From contig CAXBMO010000028.1 of assembly GCA_963977015.1 (NCBI GenBank), positions 1 through 64,000 of the forward strand: 64,000 bases of DNA. Reading direction: 5' to 3'. The position numbers and the translations under genes were made by a program. The number at the start of each line of letters is the position of its first letter. The stretch's first letter is position 1. The stretch is from an uncultured bacterium (GTDB taxonomy: Bacteria; Verrucomicrobiota; Verrucomicrobiia; Verrucomicrobiales; DEV007). Shown here one piece after another: positions 1 through 8,999 of the stretch. A model generated the notes under the pieces. That model made no database searches and was not told the DNA's origin. It was given only the letters and a program-made list of their open reading frames with translations.

Positions 1-88
1 CTAGCTGTGACGATGGGACATCACCGACCCCACGATCCCGCGTCAGCAGCGGGACACGCCCTCATTTCAATCGCTCCACAGCTATGAC

Positions 89-1135
89 CTAGCGTTTCGC
101 GAAGGAGCCGTAGGACATCAGCAGGTAGGAGGCGGCGAAGATCGCAAAAAACACTGGCAAGGTAAACAGCGCGCCGATGCAGAGGGCAACGAAGCCCAAT
201 AGGTAAATTCCCAGCCCGGCGATGTAGACGACGATGATGCGCCACCAATTCCCATTGGTCAGTTCCCAACTCGCCTTCATGGCTGCAATTGGCCCCATCT
301 TCCGATCGACAATCGCATAGGGAAACCAGAAGAGCCGAATGCCCAATCCTACCGCAACGAGCGACCACAGAATGACCCCGATGATCATGGCTTCCTCACC
401 GATGGCCGCGCTGATTCCGACCAATGGAAGCGCGGGCAAACTCAAGGCAAGCGTCAGCAGAATACCGCCTCCGATCGTCGAAAAAAAGTAGGGAGCACCG
501 CCAAACAGGTCGCCGAGATTCGAAACATCGTCGCGAATCAGACTGATCGTGTATTTGATAAAACCAATGCCCATGAACGTGGAAACGACGATGTTGACGA
601 CGTAGAGAATCGCAAAAACGCCAAACATCGCAGGGTCCAACTCTCCGCCCTCCATCTGGGGAGCAACAACCTGCATGGGAATCGAAACCACCATCGAGAT
701 CCCCAGATAAATCAACGCAGCGGCAATCACTCCGCCAATGTGCTTCACACAACGTCCCCACCCCAGCTTGATCGCCTCTTCGATTTCGAGGGTATGGTTT
801 CCGGGCTCGCCCACCACCATTGGCGTATCGCGCGGAGAGGATTGCGGTGCCGCGTAGGGATTCAGCGATCCGGTATCTGCGGAAGGAGAGGCTGTCGGAA
901 TGGGAGAGTTGAAGACATTTGGAGAATCGGAAGGGCTGGATGACGCGGCGGGCGCAGGCGTTCCGTCCAGCAGTCCCGGAACTTTCTCGGGAGCGACCCA
1001 CTCGACCGTGCTGGCCGACCAGACCAGGGTGCCCGTAGCCCCGGGATCCAACGACTGAACCTTCGCCTGCAACTCGGCAAATGACAGGGGACCGGATTTA
1101 TCGCCGTTTGCGTAAAGAAACCATTCCTCGTTCAT
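89..1135 (-). CDS. GYF_2 (DUF4339) domain membrane protein
   Basis: N-terminal WFLYANGDKSGPLSFAELQ...TLVWSASTVEW GYF_2 pattern, P/S-rich linker with NPY motif, then several hydrophobic TM segments. Confidence 0.8.
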   Translation of the reverse strand: MNEEWFLYANGDKSGPLSFAELQAKVQSLDPGATGTLVWSASTVEWVAPEKVPGLLDGTPAPAASSSPSDSPNVFNSPIPTASPSADTGSLNPYAAPQSSPRDTPMVVGEPGNHTLEIEEAIKLGWGRCVKHIGGVIAAALIYLGISMVVSIPMQVVAPQMEGGELDPAMFGVFAILYVVNIVVSTFMGIGFIKYTISLIRDDVSNLGDLFGGAPYFFSTIGGGILLTLALSLPALPLVGISAAIGEEAMIIGVILWSLVAVGLGIRLFWFPYAIVDRKMGPIAAMKASWELTNGNWWRIIVVYIAGLGIYLLGFVALCIGALFTLPVFFAIFAASYLLMSYGSFAKR

Positions 1136-1267
1136 AGATCGGTTCTACCCTTTTTCGGGAATGTTGTCAGGTAAAGTTAGCAATTTTTCCGTCAGACAAA
1201 GGCAAAAACTTGTGGTTGGCCTTCATCCCAACCCTGTGGAAGACTTCTCAAGATTATAAACCATAGC

Positions 1268-2293
1268 ATGGATCCATCAACGAACGCCCCCCTCCCCGAA
1301 CTCGGAGACGACGACGTCGCCGCCATCGATAATTTACGGAATTCCTATCACCAGTTGAAGGATGAGATTGGCAAGATCATCGTGGGTCAGGAATCGGTGA
1401 TTGAGCATTTGGCGATTTGCCTTTTCGCCCGCGGCCATGCGCTCCTCATGGGCGTCCCCGGCCTCGCCAAAACGCTGCTCGTCAAACGCCTGTCCGAGAC
1501 CATGCATCTGGATTTCAGCCGGATTCAGTTTACGCCCGACCTCATGCCGATGGACATCACCGGCACCGACATCCTTCAGGAAGGTCAGGGCGGTCGCCGC
1601 GAGTTCGAATTCATCAAGGGTCCCGTTTTTGCCAACATCGTCCTCGCCGACGAGATCAACCGCGCCCCCTCCAAAACGCAGTCTGCCATGCTCGAAGCGA
1701 TGCAGGAACACCGCGTTACCGTCGCGGGACGCACCTTTGAGCTGGATCCCCCGTATTTCGTGCTCGCCACGCAGAACCCGATCGAGCAGGAAGGCACCTA
1801 CCCGCTTCCCGAAGCCCAGCTCGACCGCTTCATGTTCATGGTCGAAGTCGAATATCCCAAGCGCAGCGACGAAATCGAGATCGCGCGTTCCACCACCGGA
1901 GAAACGCCGCCACCGCTCGATGCCGTCATCAACGCGGAACAAGTCATCGCCTACCAGCAGCTCGTTCGCCGCGTCCCCGTTCCCGATCACATTTTCGAGT
2001 TCGCCGTGGATCTCGTTCGCCGCACCCGTCCCCGGAGCGAAGAAGCGCCCGAGTGGATCAAGCCGCTCGTCGGTTGGGGAGCCGGCCCCCGTGCCGTCCA
2101 GTGCCTCATTCTTGGCGCCCGCGCCCGCGCCGCGCTTCACGGCAGCTACATGGTTCGTCAGGAAGACGTCGAAGCCGTCGCCGAGCCCGTCATGATCCAT
2201 CGTGTCCTCACCACTTTCGCCGCCGAATCCGAAGGCATCACCAGCCGCGACGTCGTGAAACGTTTGGTGAAGGAACTCGGCGAAGAAGCCTGA
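1268..2293 (+). CDS. moxR: MoxR-family AAA+ ATPase
   Basis: GVPGLAKT Walker A, RIQFTPDLMP, LADEINRA, ATQNPIEQEGTYPLPEAQLDRF. Confidence 0.95.
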   Translation: MDPSTNAPLPELGDDDVAAIDNLRNSYHQLKDEIGKIIVGQESVIEHLAICLFARGHALLMGVPGLAKTLLVKRLSETMHLDFSRIQFTPDLMPMDITGTDILQEGQGGRREFEFIKGPVFANIVLADEINRAPSKTQSAMLEAMQEHRVTVAGRTFELDPPYFVLATQNPIEQEGTYPLPEAQLDRFMFMVEVEYPKRSDEIEIARSTTGETPPPLDAVINAEQVIAYQQLVRRVPVPDHIFEFAVDLVRRTRPRSEEAPEWIKPLVGWGAGPRAVQCLILGARARAALHGSYMVRQEDVEAVAEPVMIHRVLTTFAAESEGITSRDVVKRLVKELGEEA

Positions 2294-2309
2294 CGGTGAG
2301 GGGGTCACA

Positions 2310-2580
2310 ATGATAATTATTGAAGAGACAAAGAACTTCCCGAAAGAAGAAATCGATTCGTTGACCGACCAAGTCAGACAGCCTCCTCGAAGCCGCCGAA
2401 ACCCAGGTTTGGATCGAATTCGCGGTGAAAAGCGGCTATCTTTCCGATCAAACCGCCCGCCATCTCTTCAAATCCTACGACGAAGTCATCGGCACCCTGG
2501 TCGGCATGATTAACCACAAGGAAACCTGGCTTCTCCCGCATCCATCGACACCCAAGTCACCCCTTCCCCCCTCCACCTAG
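2310..2580 (+). pseudogene. Four-helix-bundle (23S rRNA IVS-type) protein remnant with internal deletion/frameshift
   Basis: ETKNFPKEEIDSLTDQVR in one frame, then EAAETQVWIEFAVKSGYL...YDEVIGTLVGMINHKETWLLP in another; the central RRSSRSVCANxAE segment typical of the family is absent. Confidence 0.8.
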
Positions 2581-2595
2581 TCACCCCCTCACAAC

Positions 2596-3501
2596 GTGTC
2601 CCCTCCCACCAAGCACGACTTCCTTGACCCGAAGGTCCTCTCCCGTCTGGCCGGGCTCCCGTTGTTCGCGCGCCAACCCATGCTGGGAAACGTTTCCGGC
2701 CGGCATCGGAGTCCGATTCGGGGATCGAGCCTGGAATTCGCCGAGTATCGGAAATACGTGCCCGGTGACGATACGCGCCGTCTCGACTGGCGCGCCTGGG
2801 GACGCAGCGACCGCTTTTACATCAAGGAATTCGAGGCCGACACCAATCTCCGCATGTGCATCATCGTCGATACCAGCGGATCGATGAAGTACGGGCCGAA
2901 GGGCGGCACCAAACTCGACTTTGCCCGGCAACTGGCCGGAACGCTCGCCTTTCTCGCGGTGCGTCAGGGCGATGCCGCCGGCCTCTATTGCGCGAGCGAA
3001 GAATTCACCAAAGAGATTCCGCCCAAGCGTTCCGCCGCCCATTTGCGCGTCATCCTCGATGAGCTGAAAGACATCAAGGCCGAAGGCGAAACCGGGCTCA
3101 TCGCCGCGCTTCACCAGGCCGCGGAGAAGATCCAACAACGCGCCCTGGTCGTCGTCATATCCGACCTCTTTCTCGACACCGCCGAGTTGAAGGAGGCGAT
3201 GCAACACCTCCGCTTTCGCAAGCACGACGTCTCCGTCTTTCACCTGCTCGAGCGGCACGAAATCGACTTCGACTTCGAGCGCCCCACCCGATTCGTCGAT
3301 CTCGAAGGCGGCGCCCCCATGCTCGTCGATCCCGACATCATCGGCCCCCAATATCGCAAGGCCCTCGCCGAGTATCTCAACGCCGTCACCGCCATCGTGA
3401 ACGACGCCGCGATCGACTATCACCGCGTCAGCGTCGACGAAAGCGCCGAGACCGTCCTCGCCCGCTTCCTCCTCGGTCGCATGCCGAAGCAGGCGAAGTA
3501 G
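2596..3501 (+). CDS. DUF58 / vWA-like MoxR-associated protein
   Basis: GRHRSPIRGSSLEFAEYRKYVPGDDTRRLDW, VDTSGSM MIDAS-like motif; downstream of moxR. Confidence 0.92.
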   Translation: MSPPTKHDFLDPKVLSRLAGLPLFARQPMLGNVSGRHRSPIRGSSLEFAEYRKYVPGDDTRRLDWRAWGRSDRFYIKEFEADTNLRMCIIVDTSGSMKYGPKGGTKLDFARQLAGTLAFLAVRQGDAAGLYCASEEFTKEIPPKRSAAHLRVILDELKDIKAEGETGLIAALHQAAEKIQQRALVVVISDLFLDTAELKEAMQHLRFRKHDVSVFHLLERHEIDFDFERPTRFVDLEGGAPMLVDPDIIGPQYRKALAEYLNAVTAIVNDAAIDYHRVSVDESAETVLARFLLGRMPKQAK

Positions 3502-3507
3502 CGGTCG

Positions 3508-3558
3508 GGTTTCAGGTTTCAGGTTTCAGGTTTCAGGTTTCAGGTTTCAGGTTTCAGG
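3508..3558 (+). repeat. Tandem heptamer repeat (GGTTTCA)x7
   Basis: Seven perfect copies at 3508-3556 plus GG, directly after the DUF58 stop. Confidence 0.97.
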
Positions 3559-3593
3559 CTTTGGGGTGTCTCCGCACTTTTTTTGCCAACGTT

Positions 3594-3625
3594 TGTAACT
3601 CTGATTGGCGGGCCGGTAAGGAACC
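3594..3625 (+). promoter_or_regulatory. Putative ECF promoter P1: TGTAAC-N15-GGTAAGGAACC
   Basis: One of six copies with identical spacing, each upstream of a gene; followed by hairpin GGTGGAA-CGCAA-TTCCACC (3626-3644). Confidence 0.75.
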
Positions 3626-3678
3626 GGTGGAACGCAATTCCACCACCTTCAAACCAACCTTACCAACCTACCAATCCG

Positions 3679-4053
3679 ATGAAAAACGCTACTTCTTCCT
3701 TCTGCCTGATCGCTTCTGTCTTCGCCCTCATGCTCTTCGGCGCCACCAACTCCGCCCAGGCCGTTGACCAAATCCTCATCACCCTCTCCTACACCACCGA
3801 CGGCGACGTCACCGAATACCTGGACGGCCTCAAAGCAATCGAAGCCAAGTTGGCCGACAAGTTCGACCTGAAATTCGACTGGAACGGCAACACGATCACC
3901 GTCAGCAACGACACTGGTTCGGTCGGCGGAACGATCACCTTCGCCGGCAACAAACTGGATGCCAACATCACCCTGGCTCCAAAACTGAAGTTCTTTTCAA
4001 AAGTGATCAAGAGCGGCCTGGACAAGGAGTTCCGCAATAAGCTGAGCGCTTGA
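3679..4053 (+). CDS. Secreted small protein, PHA_gran_rgn-like fold (paralog A)
   Basis: ATG 3679, Sec signal peptide MKNATSSFCLIASVFALMLFGATNSAQA; mature part highly similar to 9000-9383. Confidence 0.85.
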   Translation: MKNATSSFCLIASVFALMLFGATNSAQAVDQILITLSYTTDGDVTEYLDGLKAIEAKLADKFDLKFDWNGNTITVSNDTGSVGGTITFAGNKLDANITLAPKLKFFSKVIKSGLDKEFRNKLSA

Positions 4054-4086
4054 TTTTCGAATACCCCAAAACCTGGAAAAACCCGG

Positions 4087-4117
4087 AAGGCCGCCCACTG
4101 AGGCGGCCTTTTCTTTT
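4087..4117 (+). terminator. Rho-independent terminator between convergent genes
   Basis: AAGGCCGCC-cactga-GGCGGCCTT followed by TTCTTTT. Confidence 0.85.
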
Positions 4118-4123
4118 GGTTCG

Positions 4124-6154
4124 TCATTTCACCGGCTCGATCCAGAGCAGCGTCGCTTGCTCCTGTTCATTGTTAGAATTCACCTTGAACTCGATATCAA
4201 CAGCTGGCCCGAGGGCCTCGATCCGTTCGAACAATTCACCGGCGCCAGCCACGGGGTTGCCGAGTCGTTGCCAGTGGTTTTTACCCCACGCGCGCCACGA
4301 GCCATCTTCCAGCTGCGCCGCAGCGCCGCGTCCGTAAGCGCGAATCGCATACACCTTTGGCAAATCCGTTGGAATTTGGGCGCCGGAATGGTCAAACGTG
4401 GCGCCCGGAGCCAAAAGAGCGTGCGGAACGCCGTCCCGGTCGAGCGCGAGAGCGAACATAGCTCCAACAGCAACTTCGACGATGGATTGGCCGGTCAACT
4501 CCGTGAATTCGCCCGTATTGAAGTTCCAGAGCGAAACCGATCCGTCCTGAGCCAAGAAGGCGCTGAAATCACCTTTGCTGTCCACTGCAACGATGTCTTC
4601 CAGTGCTTCAAGTTTCCGGATCATCTCGTCACGCCACACTGGGGCGTCTGTCGAATCGGCGAAAGCGATCTTGATTCGGCCTTGGTCAGTCACGAAAATC
4701 AACCGACCGTCTGCGCTATTAACGGCGCGGGCTTTGGCGACGGAATTTCTCAATGCTTCAAAATCCGGAGGCGTAGGCGTGCCCGAGAACGGTAGAATTG
4801 TGCCTTCCCGACTTACCACGAAAAAGTCCGACCATGAAGCTGGGTCAGGCAACCGAAGAGTTCTGTTTGTCTTGTAGATCAGGCCGCTGGCGGATGCCGC
4901 CTTGTACTGCCACGAAGTCGGAGCAAAGAAGAGCCTTTGAAGATCGTCTACCCCTTCGGCCTGAGTCAGGTCGAGAGGCTCCCCATCCGATGTCCAAGCC
5001 CGCAACCGCCCGCCGCGCTCCTTCATCGCAGCCAACGCTGGCGGCAGTTCGAGCGTAAGTTGAGCACTCGTTTCCGTTAGGACGACGTTCTCCCAAGGTT
5101 TCCAAATCAATCCCGACACCGCCAAAGTAGCAGCCAACAATGCGGCTCCAAATCCCAAAACCGCCCTCTTCGAGCCTGACTTTCCTCCCGATCTCACCTT
5201 TTTTCCGTTTTTCTCCATTCCTGCGATCGTTTTCCCCTTCGGATTGCTCCGTATCACCGTCACATCGCTCTCCACGTCCTTGGCACTCTGGTAACGCCGC
5301 TCGGGCTTCTCCTCCATCGCTTTGAGAACAACATCGTCGATCCTCACATCAACCTGGATTTTGCCGGAGGGCGGCGCGAAATGGCCACGCGGAATTTCAC
5401 CGGTGAGCATTTCGTAGAGCATCACGCCGAGGCTGTAAATATCGGCGCGGTGATCGACTTCGCCGGTGCCGCTCATTTGCTCCGGCGCGACGTAATTCGG
5501 GGTCCCCATGGAGATGCCGGTCAGGGTGATGCCGAGTTGCTCCGTTTCGGAACCCTGCTTGGGATCGACCAGCTTGGCGAGGCCGAAATCGCCGACTTTG
5601 ACGACGCCTTCTTCGTTGAGGAGGATGTTGGCGGGTTTGATGTCGCGGTGCACGTAGCCCTTGGAGTGGGCGTAATGGAGCGCTTCGCAAATCTGGATGA
5701 CGACCTTGAGCGCGGTTTCCGGCTGGACATGGCCTTCGCGAATCAGGGAATGAAGATCGCCGCCCTCGACGAATTCCATCACGAAAAAGTAATGCCCGCC
5801 TTCAGTTTGCCCGAAGTCAAAAATCTGGATGATATTGGGGTGATTGAGCCGGGCCATGGATTGGGCCTCGCGGCGAAACCGGGCCTCGAATTCGAGATCC
5901 TGGCCCAATTCGGGCGGGAGGACCTTGATGGCGACGGGGCGTTTCAGGCTGATCTGGATGCCCTGATAGACGGCGCCCATCCCTCCCCTGCCGAGAATCT
6001 TCTCGACGGTGTAGTCCGGCATGAAGCGATCCAGTTCCTCGGCGGAAACAGGCTCCCACTGCCCGGGAGGCGTGGCCATGGCCTGACGCAGGAGATCCGC
6101 GTCGGTATCGCGTTTTGGTTGATGAGGCTGGGTTGGTTCCTGCTCCGGGTTCAT
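4124..6154 (-). CDS. Membrane Ser/Thr (Hanks-type) kinase with C-terminal RCC1-like repeats
   Basis: GRGGMGAV, VAIK, HRDIKPANIL, DFGLAK, GTPNYVAPEQ; TM AVLGFGAALLAATLAVSGLIW; C-terminal IVEVAVGAMFALALDRDG / AAAQLEDGSWRAWG repeats. Confidence 0.92.
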   Translation of the reverse strand: MNPEQEPTQPHQPKRDTDADLLRQAMATPPGQWEPVSAEELDRFMPDYTVEKILGRGGMGAVYQGIQISLKRPVAIKVLPPELGQDLEFEARFRREAQSMARLNHPNIIQIFDFGQTEGGHYFFVMEFVEGGDLHSLIREGHVQPETALKVVIQICEALHYAHSKGYVHRDIKPANILLNEEGVVKVGDFGLAKLVDPKQGSETEQLGITLTGISMGTPNYVAPEQMSGTGEVDHRADIYSLGVMLYEMLTGEIPRGHFAPPSGKIQVDVRIDDVVLKAMEEKPERRYQSAKDVESDVTVIRSNPKGKTIAGMEKNGKKVRSGGKSGSKRAVLGFGAALLAATLAVSGLIWKPWENVVLTETSAQLTLELPPALAAMKERGGRLRAWTSDGEPLDLTQAEGVDDLQRLFFAPTSWQYKAASASGLIYKTNRTLRLPDPASWSDFFVVSREGTILPFSGTPTPPDFEALRNSVAKARAVNSADGRLIFVTDQGRIKIAFADSTDAPVWRDEMIRKLEALEDIVAVDSKGDFSAFLAQDGSVSLWNFNTGEFTELTGQSIVEVAVGAMFALALDRDGVPHALLAPGATFDHSGAQIPTDLPKVYAIRAYGRGAAAQLEDGSWRAWGKNHWQRLGNPVAGAGELFERIEALGPAVDIEFKVNSNNEQEQATLLWIEPVK

Positions 6155-6259
6155 TGCTATTCAAGTTCAGGACTACCGGGATTTGAGGCGGAGGGCAAGT
6201 TTTCAGTGGGACAACCAACGGCAGTGCCTTCTGATCACTGTTTTACTGACTACCAACCC

Positions 6260-7141
6260 TCACTTCACGCCCCAGGCTTGAACATAAGTCGGGCTCAGCA
6301 CGCGGGTATTCGGATCGGCGAGATGGGCGGCCAAATCACGCTCGAAGGTGTCGATCTCGGTTTCGCTCAGCAATCCGGCTTCAGCGATGTCATTCCGGAT
6401 GCGTTTGAGAATGGCGAGGAGGAAGGTGTGCTTGATGTCGCCGGCGCGCCAGACGTAGCAGCGGCGCTGAACCTGAATGTTGGTGATGCCGGCTTTGCCC
6501 AGCATCTCGGGCAGGCGATTCCCGATATGGACATCCAGGCCGTTTTGGCTCCAGACGTTTCTGGCAGCGTCTTTGATGCGCGTCCAGGATTCGGCGAGGG
6601 GGTCGCACGTCCACGAGGACCAATCCACCTCGTGAAGTGCAACCGTCCCACCAACCTTGGTGACGCGTACCAATTCGTTCACCACTTCTTGTGGCCGGGG
6701 CACGTTCACCAAAAGGAGACGGGCATGGGCCAGATCGAAATTCTGATTCGGCAGATGCGTGTGGCGGGCATCGCCGGCAATGACATTGACGTGGTCGAAC
6801 CCGCCACGGCGGACCTCGGCTTCGGCGTAGGCGCGGTAGCGATCCTCGCGCTCCAACCCGGTGACGTGGCCGGTCGAGCCAACCCGCTTCGCCATTTCGT
6901 CGAGTATCCCGAGCGGGCCGCATCCCAGATCCAACGCGCGTTCCCCGGGCTTCAGGTTTACCGACTCCAGCATCTGGCGCGCTTCCGGGCGATAGAGCTC
7001 GGCCTGCTTGATGAGCCGCTCCGGCTCTTGGGTACTTTTCCCAAGAAGGTAGGCACCCTGACTTGCGTCCTTCGGCGCCTGAGGGTTCTTCGAAAAGGAC
7101 CGGTTGAGATGCGGAAGAGGAGCGAGCGTTGCAGGATTCAT
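6260..7141 (-). CDS. Class I SAM-dependent methyltransferase
   Basis: ALDLGCGPLG motif I, VIAGDA, FDLAHARLLL, LVRVTKVGG. Confidence 0.92.
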   Translation of the reverse strand: MNPATLAPLPHLNRSFSKNPQAPKDASQGAYLLGKSTQEPERLIKQAELYRPEARQMLESVNLKPGERALDLGCGPLGILDEMAKRVGSTGHVTGLEREDRYRAYAEAEVRRGGFDHVNVIAGDARHTHLPNQNFDLAHARLLLVNVPRPQEVVNELVRVTKVGGTVALHEVDWSSWTCDPLAESWTRIKDAARNVWSQNGLDVHIGNRLPEMLGKAGITNIQVQRRCYVWRAGDIKHTFLLAILKRIRNDIAEAGLLSETEIDTFERDLAAHLADPNTRVLSPTYVQAWGVK

Positions 7142-7170
7142 GAGATGGGTTGGATGGAAGTTCGTTCTAC

Positions 7171-7203
7171 GGATTCCTTTCCGAAGCGGAGGAAAAGGTT
7201 ACA
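7171..7203 (-). promoter_or_regulatory. Putative ECF promoter P2: TGTAAC-N15-GGAAAGGAATCC
   Basis: Reverse complement of 7171-7203; about 30 nt upstream of the methyltransferase ATG. Confidence 0.68.
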
Positions 7204-7414
7204 AAGAAACTTCTCTTTTCTGAAATCGCGCCAGGATGGTGCGCTCGTTTTCGAGCACCAGAGCTGGTGCGCCGATCTGCACAAGCTTCGCGAGGCGACG
7301 CTCCTGATTTCGAACCTGCCCGAGAAATTGGCTTGGCTGTTTTGGGAAGGAGGCGTTCTTTGTTGCAGCAGCCATTCCTACATAAGCTGCGGTCGTGAGA
7401 TGAACGGTATTCAT
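7199..7414 (-). CDS. Small 71-aa hypothetical protein
   Basis: ATG-started ORF about 30 nt downstream of promoter P3; its TAA stop lies inside the -35 box of P2. Confidence 0.5.
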   Translation of the reverse strand: MNTVHLTTAAYVGMAAATKNASFPKQPSQFLGQVRNQERRLAKLVQIGAPALVLENERTILARFQKREVSL

Positions 7415-7442
7415 TGGAGTCGTAGTTGAAGATTTCGTTACT

Positions 7443-7475
7443 CCCTTCCTTTCCCAACCCGGGGAAAAGGTTACG
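7443..7475 (-). promoter_or_regulatory. Putative ECF promoter P3: CGTAAC-N15-GGAAAGGAAGGG
   Basis: Same spacing as the other five; shares GTAACCTTTTCC with P2. Confidence 0.62.
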
Positions 7476-7617
7476 ATCTTTCTTTAAAATCCTGCCAAGG
7501 GACCAACCGGTACCCATGAGAAGCTTTTTTCGCAATGACTTGCGCCTTTCGCTCGAAATCGAACCATCCCTCAGGTTGGCAACTCTGATTGGCGATGCGA
7601 CAGGGACAACCAGACCG

Positions 7618-7643
7618 AAAAAAAAGCCGCCCGGAGGCGGCTG
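7618..7643 (-). terminator. Rho-independent terminator of paralog B
   Basis: Minus strand AGCCGCC-tccg-GGCGGCT then a T run. Confidence 0.85.
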
Positions 7644-7690
7644 CTTTGAACATGGCGCATTGCGAGACGCGCCTTTGGTGAGAGGTTTGA

Positions 7691-8066
7691 CTACCGGGTC
7701 ATCAAGCGGCGGGAAAATTCGCGATTCAACTTGCCGCGAACGATTCCGGTCGCGTGGTGAAGTTTACCCGTCAGAGTCAGCCGAACGGAAACCTTCGACT
7801 TCGAATACTGGATTTGGCCATTGATTCCCTCACGAGTGACCGTGATGGCAGAGGTTCCCCCACTGGCTCTTCACCTGATGCTGCTGCTCCAACATCTTTC
7901 CGATTTCCTGGAGAGCGCTCTTCACCTGCGCCAAGTCACCAAGTTGCGGTTGATAATCCAGCGAAATCTGGCCTGCCGATGCGCCGGACGGTAGCGAGAT
8001 CACCGCTGCGATGGCAACGAGGAATGTGCGGATGGCGCCGGAGAGTTGAGGAGATGAGTTAAACAT
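7691..8066 (-). pseudogene. Frameshifted secreted PHA_gran_rgn-like paralog B
   Basis: Signal peptide ORF 7830-8066; removing one G from the G5 run (7857-7861) gives ...KSQWGTSAITVTREGINGQIQYSKSKVSVRLTLTGKLHHATGIVRGKLNREFSRRLMTR* (124 aa), colinear with paralogs A and C. Confidence 0.85.
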
Positions 8067-8116
8067 GATCTTGGTTGGCTATGGTTGCGAAGTTGAAAGT
8101 TCTTTTCGGGTTCGCT

Positions 8117-8148
8117 GGTTCCTTACCGACCCAGAGATCAACGTTACA
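8117..8148 (-). promoter_or_regulatory. Putative ECF promoter P4: TGTAAC-N15-GGTAAGGAACC
   Basis: Exact motif upstream of ATG 8066. Confidence 0.75.
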
Positions 8149-8190
8149 AACATTGGGAAAAAATGGTTCTCTCGGATTGAGGTTTCCAGG

Positions 8191-8332
8191 AGGCGGAACG
8201 ACCGGTGGGCCGGGACACCGGTTGTCGGTCCCTTTCAGGGCCCATTTTTTCCTTCGGCTGATCCCAGGGCCGCGCTCGTTCCTTGCTTGCCCGGGGCTGA
8301 CATATCTCAGCCCGTTGGGCTGGCACGATGCC
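8191..8332. repeat. REP/REPIN-like palindromic element, copy 1 (partially deleted)
   Basis: About 120-bp direct repeat of 8551-8671 (GGGACACCGGTTGTCGGTCCCTTTCAGGGCCC...AGCCCGTTGGGCTGGCACGATGC). Confidence 0.8.
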
Positions 8333-8453
8333 TCCGGCATTGGGACATCATCGGTCTTACGATCCCACGTCAGCAGCGAGGCGCGCCCTCTTTTTAATCG
8401 CTCCACAGCTTTCTCCCTAGCGTATCGCAAAGTTTGCCATCTTTCGGCCCGCG

Positions 8454-8671
8454 TCCAGCCTGACAGGTTGAGATAGGCCAGCCCCGGCCGAAGGGCGGAA
8501 CGACCGGCGGGCCGGGGTAACGATCGATGAATCGGGTGAGATCTGGAAGGCCGGGACACCGGTTGTCGGTCCCTTTCAGGGCCCATTTTTCCCTTCGGTG
8601 ATCCCAGGGCGGCGCTCGTTTCTCACTTGCCCTGGGCTGTCATTTCTCAGCCCGTTGGGCTGGCACGATGC
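8454..8671. repeat. REP/REPIN-like doublet, copy 2
   Basis: Two oppositely oriented multi-hairpin units (AGCCTGACAGG / AGCCCCGGCC..GGCCGGGG and CCCTTTCAGGG / CCCAGGG..CCCTGGG / AGCCCGTTGGGCT). Confidence 0.78.
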
Positions 8672-8939
8672 ATTTCTGCTCGAAAAGTAGATTGGAAAAC
8701 CACCACAAATCCTGGAGCACCAAAAATTGGAACGTGCTCGCCCGTCTGGATTGCTCAAGGACGCGGTCACCCCCAGAAATGGTAAGGCCGCTCAATTGGG
8801 CGGCTTTTTCGGGCGCAGCCTTATTCCCACATCAATGTTCCGGATTGAAATCCGGCGCTGTTAAGGTGGGTGCTTTCAGCATCCTGTGGGAAGGAAATTC
8901 TTCATGTCCTTCAGGCACTTCATGGTGCATTTGCGGAGC

Positions 8940-8972
8940 AAAAAGAAAAGGCCGCCTTGAGGGGCGGCCTTC
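8940..8972 (-). terminator. Terminator of paralog C, near-identical to 4087-4117
   Basis: Minus strand AAGGCCGCC-cctcaa-GGCGGCCTTTTCTTTT. Confidence 0.85.
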
Positions 8973-8999
8973 CGGGTTTGGGAAGTTCCGGTTGGTGAA

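Noticed and set aside
5381-7429. 682-aa plus-strand ORF
   Set aside because: Antisense shadow of the kinase and methyltransferase, no motifs
8059-8770. ORFs across the REP-like region
   Set aside because: Translations of palindromic repeats with no protein-like features
8785-8810. Plus-strand terminator-like hairpin GCCGCTC..GGGCGGC-TTTTT
   Set aside because: No supportable upstream gene or sRNA could be defined from sequence alone
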